Notes under the pieces: model-generated
The model's input: only the letters and a program-made list of their open reading frames with translations
What the model was told of the DNA's origin: nothing
The model's database searches: none
Program-made: the position numbers and the translations under genes
Assembly: GCA_000146045.2 (NCBI GenBank)
Contig: BK006945.2
Location: 128,001-192,000, forward strand
DNA length: 64,000 bases
Direction of reading: 5' to 3'
Origin: TPA_inf: Saccharomyces
Taxonomy: Eukaryota
Part shown: in pieces, positions 55,623 to 64,000 of the stretch
Numbering within the stretch: the stretch's first letter is position 1
Layout: each line of letters opens with the position of its first letter

Positions 55623-56162
55623 ATGATATCATATGAATTCCAAACTCATCTACCGAAAGGAAAAGATAGCTCATTGAACGCTTCATCCGAAAACAAAGAA
55701 TTGTATGTACAAGCCACGCACTTTAATAACACAATTCTATTGCAAATCAGACTAAATGGGGAAATGGATTCCACCTATGAGGTATCTTCAAAAGGACTAA
55801 ACCCAATTCTCGATATCAACGTACCACTGGCAGGAAACCTAGGAAACACGGGTGGCGATTATGACGATGAGGAAGAAGAATTTGTAAGAGACCATTTATC
55901 TGATTATCAAGTGGTTACCAAGTTGGGAGATAGTGCCGATCCTAAAGTACCCGTGGTATGCGTACAGATTGCCGAACTATATAGGAGAGTTATTCTACCA
56001 GAAGTGAGCGGTACGATGGCCCAAGACAACATGCAATTCAGCTTGCTGATATCCATGAGCAGTAAGATATGGAGAGCAACGAAGGAACAAAGCGCTGACG
56101 ATAATGATTTTGGCAAATTAGTTTTTGTGTTAAAGTGTATCAAAGATATGTATGCAAAGTGA
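55623..56162 (+). CDS. IRC25: Proteasome assembly chaperone Irc25/Poc3 (179 aa)
   Basis: Sequence and length match, and synteny supports it. Confidence 0.8.
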   Translation: MISYEFQTHLPKGKDSSLNASSENKELYVQATHFNNTILLQIRLNGEMDSTYEVSSKGLNPILDINVPLAGNLGNTGGDYDDEEEEFVRDHLSDYQVVTKLGDSADPKVPVVCVQIAELYRRVILPEVSGTMAQDNMQFSLLISMSSKIWRATKEQSADDNDFGKLVFVLKCIKDMYAK

Positions 56163-56173
56163 TTCTATATAAA

Positions 56174-56926
56174 TTAGTTATGCGTTGTATTATCTATGAC
56201 TGCCATATCCAAGACTTGCACAGTTCCCTTTTTATCACATAGGGTCATCAAATCTCTATAATTGACAGGATCGATAAGACCTGTACATGTCCAAGGATCC
56301 AATTCCGGCTTCGTTGACTCTCCAGGCGATGAAGCTATCAATTTACTAATCTTCTCAATAAGTTCGGGTTGTCTAGATGGCTCACTTATGGCCACTTTGA
56401 CTTTCATCTTCGCCCTTACTATTGGAATAATTTGCTTAGAAACCAATAATTTGATAGCCTCTAAAGCTTGCAATTTGGCAGGTTTGTTAATAACAGGGCT
56501 GAACTTCAGTTCCTGTAAAGCTTTGTGGATCATTGTGGGCGGATATCTTTTCTTTGACACAGGATTTATACATTTAGCGCTAACTATTGTAAGCATTTCG
56601 TTATTAACTTTATTAAGCATTAATTGTCTTTCTTTTTCCGATAATTGAATCTCTCCCTTATGCATGATCTCCTCGATGACATCATCAACATTTGTAGTCC
56701 CGAAACACTTTTGTAGATCTTCCTTATTAGCAACCAAGCCTTTCGAAACATTCATGAAAACTTGATGTATCTGCAGCACTTCATCCAGATCTTTTTCAAT
56801 TCCTTTTCGATAGTCTTGGACCTTATTTTGGTAGCACGCGACTTCAAATCTCTTGCGAGCCTTTTTTAATCTCACTAATGAAACATTAGTTAACTTAATC
56901 TGTCCCGACGGTTGATTGATAGGCAT
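56174..56926 (-). CDS. SDO1: SBDS-family ribosome maturation factor Sdo1 (250 aa)
   Basis: N-terminal FYSH-domain sequence (KLTNVSLVRLKKARKRFEVACYQNKV...). Length 250 aa. Confidence 0.9.
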   Translation of the reverse strand: MPINQPSGQIKLTNVSLVRLKKARKRFEVACYQNKVQDYRKGIEKDLDEVLQIHQVFMNVSKGLVANKEDLQKCFGTTNVDDVIEEIMHKGEIQLSEKERQLMLNKVNNEMLTIVSAKCINPVSKKRYPPTMIHKALQELKFSPVINKPAKLQALEAIKLLVSKQIIPIVRAKMKVKVAISEPSRQPELIEKISKLIASSPGESTKPELDPWTCTGLIDPVNYRDLMTLCDKKGTVQVLDMAVIDNTTHN

Positions 56927-56964
56927 TGCGTGTTTTACCTTTTCTTTCTCAGAACTATTTTAGT

Positions 56965-57027
56965 AAAAATTTTAAAAACTTTTACTACTGCATGAAATCA
57001 CTTAAGTTCGGCCTAGAAAAATTTTTT
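56965..57027 (-). promoter_or_regulatory. Two RRPE motifs, AAAAATTTT at 56965-56973 and AAAAATTTTTT at 57017-57027. They lie 40-100 bp upstream of SDO1.
   Basis: Read from the sequence. There is no exact PAC nearby. Confidence 0.4.
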
Positions 57028-57497
57028 CATGAACATTATTATATATACAAGGCACTGAGCAGAACAATACACGCTAAGTTTTGTTCTTTCATGAGGTCAT
57101 AATAAGTTAAATAACAGTCAATACATAAATGCAAAACTAAAAGTACACAGTTTTATTATTTTCTTTTCGTCGTAATGTAGTTTTTATAATCAGTCAACTT
57201 TTTTTTTGCTTTTAGATTTCGTTTGTTCCTTTTGTCTTTGGATCCAAAGTTTCTTGAAAATGTAGCCAAAACAATGCCAGCAGGAATATCGAAAAAGATG
57301 GGTATAATATAAGTAAAAAAAAAATTTTAACAATGAAATAATACAGGAGAATTCGTGGTTTACAATTTCTGGTTTTTTTCGAAATTGCTATGTGGCTTCT
57401 CCAACAATGTAATTGTAGGCTTTTCTTTCTTTTAAGTCCGTTTATCGTATACAGAAAAAGTGCAGGATGTTGTAAGTAAAGGTAGTCAGTCATACCA

Positions 57498-59129
57498 TCA
57501 TGACAAAATCCACCTCTTGGCAAACATATCTAAAATAGCTCTATAATGGCCGATGACACCCAACACTACGAAGAAATGCCAAAAAGTGTGCGAACAACCA
57601 AAATAGTCAACCCACCATAGAGATTTAAATGATTTGGCATGAGACGGACAGGAACTGCATTTGGAATGGGCTGTTGGCACCTCTCTAAAATGAATTTCCC
57701 TTTGCTTTGTGATGATTTCTAAATCAGTAGATAATTCGTAGTTTGTTGGAATGGTCTTATCAACCTGAACGTCAGATCTGAACCGTTCAGGAATGAACGA
57801 ACCGTAAAATACCACACCAACCAAATACCAAACAACAGATTTGTATGTGACGGGGCTAAATAGCGTTGCAGCATAATGAAGATCAGTCAAAAATATCAAA
57901 TGTAAAAACGACAATACACCCATAGTAGCCAGCAAAATGAAGAATCTAATTCTTAATGGCCTTGCTTCAGGTCTATCAAAGCGAGGCGACCAATTCATAA
58001 ACACACCAAATACACCCAGCGCCAGAGAAATACTCATGTAAGTGTACATCGCCCAGTAACATGAATACATGGTAACAAACTCCGTTGTCAATATCGAAGC
58101 TGTAATTAAGATCGTAATACCGCTATAGTCGACACACGCAAATTTAGAACGTAGCTTCAAGAAGGACGTTCCGTTGAAAGTATGCCAAAACACGGAGCTT
58201 AGCATACATTTCAACGCAGCTGCCAAAAACATGAAAACAATCCATCTAGCCTGTGGTGGAACCTGGGAATTCCGCCAAACTTCAGACTGAGGGAAATCGT
58301 AAATTGCCAAGTAGATTATATAAATGGCTCCTAACAAATGAGACCAAATATTTGAAGTTTCATTATGCCAGCCGTACCAGTTAAAGATAGACAACAAAGA
58401 TTTGGAATGGGTATTGTAAAACCTATAGCCATGGATTATGTATCTGTTTTCCCTCCATGGGAATGGCAACTGATAATAATGTAAATGTTGAGTTTCACCT
58501 AGACTATACGCTTTGCCATGGTTGTATGAGTTTATAAAAGACTTGATATCGGTAGTAGGATTCAAAGGTTCTTCAATGAGGATTTCCGTCTTTACCATGG
58601 ATTTTCTCATTGGACCGCAATAGTCTTTCACGCTGGAAATATAATTGTTTTCCTCTTTGATTTTTGTATCATTGAGACGACTTGTTGGGGAACGTAACGA
58701 GGACTTCGCTTGAGAACATACAGTTGAAGATGAAGACACCAGTGAAGTGGATGTAGAAGCATTGTTAAGCTTGAAAGTAGCGACTGAATTCACCAAAGTG
58801 GCTGCATCTGAATCTCCCAGTGAAAACTGAGATTCTGTATTCAGAGACTTGCCACTGTTTCTTTTGTACACAGAACTTGTTACTTCCTTTTCTTTTGTTG
58901 GACGAATTATCTCCAAATCATCATACCGCCCACTTTCAGAGTGTTTAACACTTTCATCAATAGTTGAAAATGGATGAGGAACGAATTTTGAGTAGTTGTA
59001 ATTATAGATGGATTTACCGGATTTTTTCACCTTCTGAAAATTGTCCACACCCTTCTGCTTTAGCCTTGATAGAGATCCCATGGGTGAGGGTATATACTGA
59101 GTTAAGCTTTTGCTTGACGAGTCCATCAT
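57498..59129 (-). CDS. IZH3: PAQR/HlyIII-family seven-TM protein Izh3 (543 aa)
   Basis: A long S/T-rich N-terminal extension and a C-terminal 7-TM HlyIII core with His-rich motifs. Confidence 0.85.
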   Translation of the reverse strand: MMDSSSKSLTQYIPSPMGSLSRLKQKGVDNFQKVKKSGKSIYNYNYSKFVPHPFSTIDESVKHSESGRYDDLEIIRPTKEKEVTSSVYKRNSGKSLNTESQFSLGDSDAATLVNSVATFKLNNASTSTSLVSSSSTVCSQAKSSLRSPTSRLNDTKIKEENNYISSVKDYCGPMRKSMVKTEILIEEPLNPTTDIKSFINSYNHGKAYSLGETQHLHYYQLPFPWRENRYIIHGYRFYNTHSKSLLSIFNWYGWHNETSNIWSHLLGAIYIIYLAIYDFPQSEVWRNSQVPPQARWIVFMFLAAALKCMLSSVFWHTFNGTSFLKLRSKFACVDYSGITILITASILTTEFVTMYSCYWAMYTYMSISLALGVFGVFMNWSPRFDRPEARPLRIRFFILLATMGVLSFLHLIFLTDLHYAATLFSPVTYKSVVWYLVGVVFYGSFIPERFRSDVQVDKTIPTNYELSTDLEIITKQREIHFREVPTAHSKCSSCPSHAKSFKSLWWVDYFGCSHTFWHFFVVLGVIGHYRAILDMFAKRWILS

Positions 59130-59662
59130 GTACTTAATTTGATTGTCTGTTGGGATGTGAACTATTTTTCAGCTTATCTGCGTTGCAGCTTCTTCTTTGT
59201 CCACTTTACAATGGCTAAACTTTACCAGACGACAAAACAAGTGTAGAATTTGAATCAACTGTGTCCTAAAGAAAAAATAATGTCCAAAAACTCTTATTAT
59301 AAAACGAGTAAACCACCACTTCGCTCGAATCGCCAAGCTTTCTAGATGTACACCCACGCTGTGTCACCTTATGACTATATACCTTATCCATCAACACTTT
59401 CTCCATTTCCTGCAGGGTAAAAAGAAAAGTGAAGTCACCCTGCACTATACGAGCTTCAGCCCATACCCCACACTAAAACATTTCTTTTTCTGCGGCATTT
59501 CTTTTTTTTTCGGTCCGTCCCTGTCCCTTCCCACGAGAAAGCGTAATGATCCTCGACCCTACCCCACTTCCCCACGCCAATTAAAACAGATAAAATTTCT
59601 TTTGATTTTTCGGATACGCTAATTTCGTAGCAATTTTGAATGACTAGACATTTGTTGGATAA

Positions 59663-62600
59663 CTACATAGTCTCCCACCCACCAAGATCTGCACTGCCGT
59701 CCGTTAGTCGGAACACTATGTGCGGAATCATGTTGCCAAAAACAATCTCATTCGCTAGATTCGCGTATCTCGCCCGATTCAAATAGACGGGAGTACCGAA
59801 TTTGTAGTCTTCGTTGGTCTCTCCGTATTTACTTAGATAAGGTGCAGCATAAAATGTACCTCTTTTGCCGTATGACAGATATATCGCATTTGTGCCGGTC
59901 ATTAAGAAAACTCCGTAAGCGGAGGTGATTTCGCATCCATTTCTCATATGATCAGTACATTCCCCCTGTAAATAACCTTGCAGTGCTATGCTTTTTTGAA
60001 TATGGCATTTTTGGCCACACAACAAGCATACTGCGATTTCGTATTTATCACATTTATTCGATATTTCATCATTATCAAGGGAAAATTTGGAAAGGTTCAA
60101 TGGTAGTTCGATAAGCTGGATATGCTCTGGTGAAGGATATGCTCTTGTGTTTATGTTCTGCACCATGTCATATATTACTTGCTGAATTCTCAAATTATCA
60201 TTACCATCATTATACCTTTCTATATTTTGTGTTAGTTCGTTGTAGAAAAAATCCTTCAAAAAGTGAGTTAAATTGGGTAATTTAAAATACCGGAAAATAA
60301 GCTCTATTTCACGCTGTTTGACGTCCATGAAATTATTGCTGCGGTTATTATTATTATCACCATCACCATCATCATCATACTGAATGTTGAATAATAAGAA
60401 GGTTCTTCTACAAAAAATGGACAATGACTCTAGTAATAGAGAGCATATAAAGTCTTTAATTTTCTCTAAACTTGTAAAATCAAACCGAACGTCGTCTGGT
60501 TTAAAGAGATCAACATACTTTTTAAAAGTATTGAATAGATATGAAAAGCTTGTCGATGGTTCCTCAGATCCGTTTGATGATATTTTGATTTTATTTCGAC
60601 AGTCTTTGTAAAAGTTTACTCTCATCATATCTCTTGCAAGCAACAGTAGTAGTTGATGGAACCTTCTTTTGAACATTTCATAGATACATAGGTTAGGCGG
60701 TTGCGGGGTTTTTCCTCCATCAATATTATCAAAATTTTGACTCATATACAAAAGTAGATTCACATTATTACCCTTTATTAGAAACTCATTCCAATTCCAT
60801 ATTTTACGAGAGATTTCGCTGCTGAATGTTTTTGAATTAACAAATTTTTTGTAAATAAACGACTTTAGCTCACAAACTAAATGTAAGGTTAAAATGCACT
60901 GACTGGATATTCTTTCCATATTCACTATTTTTCCTTCCTTTTTGTGCGATCTTAATCTGAGCTCAGTATTTGAAATAGTATTAATAAAAACACTATTAAC
61001 AACTTTATATGCATCTTCGATAGTCGTGACTTTTTTACCCTGAAGATCACCTAGAATCATCGCTGCTTTAATACAAATAGAGCTCATTGGGTCAAGGTTT
61101 TCTTCCGCTTCACTTCGCTTTTCAATACACATAAAAAACTGGCTCGAAGTTCTCTTATCTATATCATTTGTTTTTGGTAGAAATGAATTACTTAAGGAAT
61201 TGCATACGGGACAATATATCAACCCTGAACCATACGATAATGGAATATTTTTTGTAGTTTGGTTTTGTATTCCGCGAATCGACTTCATATGGCCACTTAA
61301 ACATTTGGTATGAGACCCATGCCCGCATGCTCTTAATACTGGTTCACAGCTAGTAAATTTCAATCTCGTTCCATCATCATCCTGGGGGTTTTCTTGGATT
61401 GCACTGTCTTTTGTTTGCTTACCACTGAACAGCGAATTTATTCTATTAACATCTGTAGGATTCGTAAAATCAATTCCATGATCACATATGTTCCGTTCTT
61501 GGTATGAAAAATAAACAAATACATCGTCATCCTTCGGCATCTTGCAAAATACGCAATCATCATCGCAGCAACTGTTGATTGTGTTACTACTATTCTCTGC
61601 ATTTATTCTAGTGGGAGATAAACTAGGTGATGTGGTTCTGGGTGTACTAATATCGGAAGTATCTACACTATTGTTTTCCATGAATTTCATTTGCTGTTGA
61701 GCCAACTTCTTCATTAATTTTTTCTTTCTCAATCGAGCAAGATGTTTTTTCCTTTCAAATTCTTTATCCTTGTGGCTTTTATCTTCCTTTGTAGGCCACA
61801 ATATTCCTGGTGTATATGACGTGGTTTGCTCCCTCAAATAACTGTTTACATTTACGTGAGGCGCTGTTTCCATTAAATACCTGAAAATTTCCCTAATCTT
61901 ACCATGAGATTCCGAAAAATTATCCTTCAACAAACAGTAATACAGGATAGAACCAATGCTGTGGTAATGACAGAATTCTGTGTCCACAATTGCGTATTCA
62001 TGCCACAGTATCCCCATAAATTCATTCAGATTATTAACCACGCATAAATGAATCAAATGAACCACTCTCGGCAATAAATTGTCATAATCATATTTTATAA
62101 TGTGATCTAAAGTATTTTTCAAAAATAAACCAAAAGTATTCACTGATGATATTGAATACAGCCCAGAAAATAATGTATTCTTCAACAAATCTTTAACCTT
62201 TTTTGCTGGTACAAAAGTATCTTCATATTTCATTTTCTTCAAATTTGCCATATTCAGCCTGATATTTTTCTCTACATCATACCTCCTACTGGAAGACAAC
62301 CCTATATAATAAGGATCAATCTCATCTTTATACTTTTCTTTCAACACGAAAATGCCATTGTCAGTCAAGCTTACAGGAGAAGTGTAATTGGCGTATTTTT
62401 CGAGATATATATCAAATGAAGGGTGCTTGGTGATATGTTCTGGAATACAGTTAACAATTTGTGCGTAAGAGCATGTATCAAAGCAAAGGGCATGAATTAT
62501 TTCTGATTTGAACGTTCTCTCGAAGCCTTCCTTTGATGATTTCATGACCAATGATCTCACTTCAGTAAGCAATTGAATCAATAACAGAATGCATTCATTA

Positions 62601-64000
62601 ACAACGGCTACAGTTGTTTCTGTATCAGGATAATCATACATAGGTACACCATTTGCCCAGTGCTTCAAACCCCACCTTGAGAGGTAAGTAACCATCAGTT
62701 CATCAGGATTGCACATTGCCATACTAAATTGCACATTGAAAATGTCACTAATATAAGTAAATTCTCGCATACTGTATTTTGTATACATCCGGGCCTGGTG
62801 AGTAATTGGAGTTCCGTTTCTTACCCAGAAACCGACGTTTATTTGCCCGATTAGGACTAGGGTTGACAAAGCAGATTCTGATATATATAAAGCCTTCTGC
62901 TTATCTTGAAAAACTTCGAAGAGATTAATGTAGTTTGTCAAAGAAGCAGGAATTGGCTCATATCTACCACATTGACTCCATTGAATAACAAATTTGAACA
63001 AATATGACATTGGATTGAAAAAATACTGTGTATTTACACCTACCTGGAAATTAATAGTCTCTGCGACATAATTGCATATCGTCTCTCTGACTGTAGACAA
63101 AGTCGCTTTGTTCGAATCATTTTCATTCGTTGATGCGTTATCAGGTGATATAGCTTTTCTAGAATTGGTTAGTGATTCAAATTCCCTGGTTTGAGCAACA
63201 TCAAGTAGTTTAAGGACGATTTGCTTACGGAAAGCCGCATCTTTGACCAAAGATATACTACGTGTGTATCCATCTGTCATTATTAGTATTGATGAGAAAA
63301 AAAAATAAAATGCAGAAAAATCAAAGTTTTCAACCTCCACGTGTTCTTTAGTTTCCCTTTTCAATGGCAGCACGTTACTGAATTCAGAGAAGGACTCAAT
63401 TATTGCGTTAAAAATTGCCTCATTTGAAAGTAGTTCTTCCGGAACAGTGTTCGCTGACATTATCGTACAAAGGTCTTTAAAGCAAATAATTGTCCTTCGA
63501 TTTCGTATTGTTTCGGTGGGCAACTTAAAGCCATTGTATAAAGAGATGGGCAAATATGACATCAAGTCTTCTGGATTGAATGCCATGAGAGTAAAAGCAA
63601 ATCTAATAGTTCGTTCAATGAATCCCGAGCTTATAGTCATATTTGCTATGCTGGGGTCTTGGAAAGTGTATTGCCCTAATATACTCATAAGAGTTACCTG
63701 ACATTCTTTAGCATCTGATGCAACTGCATCATACAAGACCGATAGATAAACATCAATATATTGTGCGGCAAGAAACTTTCTGCTTTCATCCCTTAACGAG
63801 AATAATGACGCCATGATCTTTAACATTTTGAATTTAGATTTTTTTGAGAGGATATTAATAGAATTGATGATAATATATTGGAATCTAGATCCATAGAAAT
63901 TGTAGAAATGGCTTACTGTGTTCGGCGAATGGGCTCTGATCAACCTTTCATTGTAATTAGTGAGTATTTTTGAAATTCTTTCGTCTTCAATGTTCTCTAA
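59663..64000 (-). CDS. UBR2: E3 ubiquitin ligase Ubr2, C-terminal about 1445 codons. The gene's 5' end lies beyond the window end.
   Basis: The frame stays open to position 64000 (the track M at 63943 is a TTG). The sequence matches the C-terminal three-quarters of the 1872-aa Ubr2, including its Cys-rich RING-like region. Confidence 0.85.
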   Translation of the reverse strand, partial: LENIEDERISKILTNYNERLIRAHSPNTVSHFYNFYGSRFQYIIINSINILSKKSKFKMLKIMASLFSLRDESRKFLAAQYIDVYLSVLYDAVASDAKECQVTLMSILGQYTFQDPSIANMTISSGFIERTIRFAFTLMAFNPEDLMSYLPISLYNGFKLPTETIRNRRTIICFKDLCTIMSANTVPEELLSNEAIFNAIIESFSEFSNVLPLKRETKEHVEVENFDFSAFYFFFSSILIMTDGYTRSISLVKDAAFRKQIVLKLLDVAQTREFESLTNSRKAISPDNASTNENDSNKATLSTVRETICNYVAETINFQVGVNTQYFFNPMSYLFKFVIQWSQCGRYEPIPASLTNYINLFEVFQDKQKALYISESALSTLVLIGQINVGFWVRNGTPITHQARMYTKYSMREFTYISDIFNVQFSMAMCNPDELMVTYLSRWGLKHWANGVPMYDYPDTETTVAVVNECILLLIQLLTEVRSLVMKSSKEGFERTFKSEIIHALCFDTCSYAQIVNCIPEHITKHPSFDIYLEKYANYTSPVSLTDNGIFVLKEKYKDEIDPYYIGLSSSRRYDVEKNIRLNMANLKKMKYEDTFVPAKKVKDLLKNTLFSGLYSISSVNTFGLFLKNTLDHIIKYDYDNLLPRVVHLIHLCVVNNLNEFMGILWHEYAIVDTEFCHYHSIGSILYYCLLKDNFSESHGKIREIFRYLMETAPHVNVNSYLREQTTSYTPGILWPTKEDKSHKDKEFERKKHLARLRKKKLMKKLAQQQMKFMENNSVDTSDISTPRTTSPSLSPTRINAENSSNTINSCCDDDCVFCKMPKDDDVFVYFSYQERNICDHGIDFTNPTDVNRINSLFSGKQTKDSAIQENPQDDDGTRLKFTSCEPVLRACGHGSHTKCLSGHMKSIRGIQNQTTKNIPLSYGSGLIYCPVCNSLSNSFLPKTNDIDKRTSSQFFMCIEKRSEAEENLDPMSSICIKAAMILGDLQGKKVTTIEDAYKVVNSVFINTISNTELRLRSHKKEGKIVNMERISSQCILTLHLVCELKSFIYKKFVNSKTFSSEISRKIWNWNEFLIKGNNVNLLLYMSQNFDNIDGGKTPQPPNLCIYEMFKRRFHQLLLLLARDMMRVNFYKDCRNKIKISSNGSEEPSTSFSYLFNTFKKYVDLFKPDDVRFDFTSLEKIKDFICSLLLESLSIFCRRTFLLFNIQYDDDGDGDNNNNRSNNFMDVKQREIELIFRYFKLPNLTHFLKDFFYNELTQNIERYNDGNDNLRIQQVIYDMVQNINTRAYPSPEHIQLIELPLNLSKFSLDNDEISNKCDKYEIAVCLLCGQKCHIQKSIALQGYLQGECTDHMRNGCEITSAYGVFLMTGTNAIYLSYGKRGTFYAAPYLSKYGETNEDYKFGTPVYLNRARYANLANEIVFGNMIPHIVFRLTDGSADLGGWETM

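Noticed and set aside
1-64000. CRISPR arrays, prophage and operon-like structures
   Set aside because: This is a eukaryotic (yeast) sequence. No direct-repeat/spacer arrays and no polycistronic arrangement are seen.

Overview
This window is ordinary Saccharomyces cerevisiae nuclear DNA. I recognise it, from protein and element sequences only, as the pericentromeric region of chromosome XII, collinear from SOF1 (YLL011W, 5'-truncated at the window start) through CEN12 to UBR2 (YLR024C, 5'-truncated at the window end). It holds 35 protein-coding genes with no introns, short intergenic spacers and alternating strands. The centromere carries the full point-centromere CDEI-CDEII-CDEIII architecture at 22825-22947. 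There is one tRNA-Ser(AGA) gene. A diverged solo sigma (Ty3 LTR) sits 17 bp upstream of the tRNA, and a degenerate delta-like LTR fragment lies about 500 bp further out, which is the classic Pol III-targeted Ty landing pad. There are no CRISPR arrays, no prokaryotic operon structure and no sign of foreign DNA. I find no evidence of a novel or undescribed system. The points worth a second look are modest. The PSR1/PSR2 paralog pair sits mirror-symmetrically on either side of the centromere. A pair of GTCACGTG boxes of CDEI/Cbf1 type lies upstream of PSR1. Tandem PAC-core (GATGAGATGAG) and RRPE motifs lie upstream of the ribosome-biogenesis genes, and unexpectedly a PAC-like copy abuts the MEU1 ATG. 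Several convergent gene pairs have very short spacers. PSR1 contains a coding (SQ/PQ)n-polyQ repeat, and there are two intergenic (TA)n microsatellites. Several ORFs in the supplied track extend in frame upstream of the start I recall as annotated. The gene least characterised functionally, to my knowledge, is the large fasciclin-like membrane protein YLR001C next to CEN12. Gene names and lengths come from my memory of yeast proteins and were not checked against a database. The chromosome coordinates I infer (window roughly chrXII 128-192 kb) are recollection, not computation.
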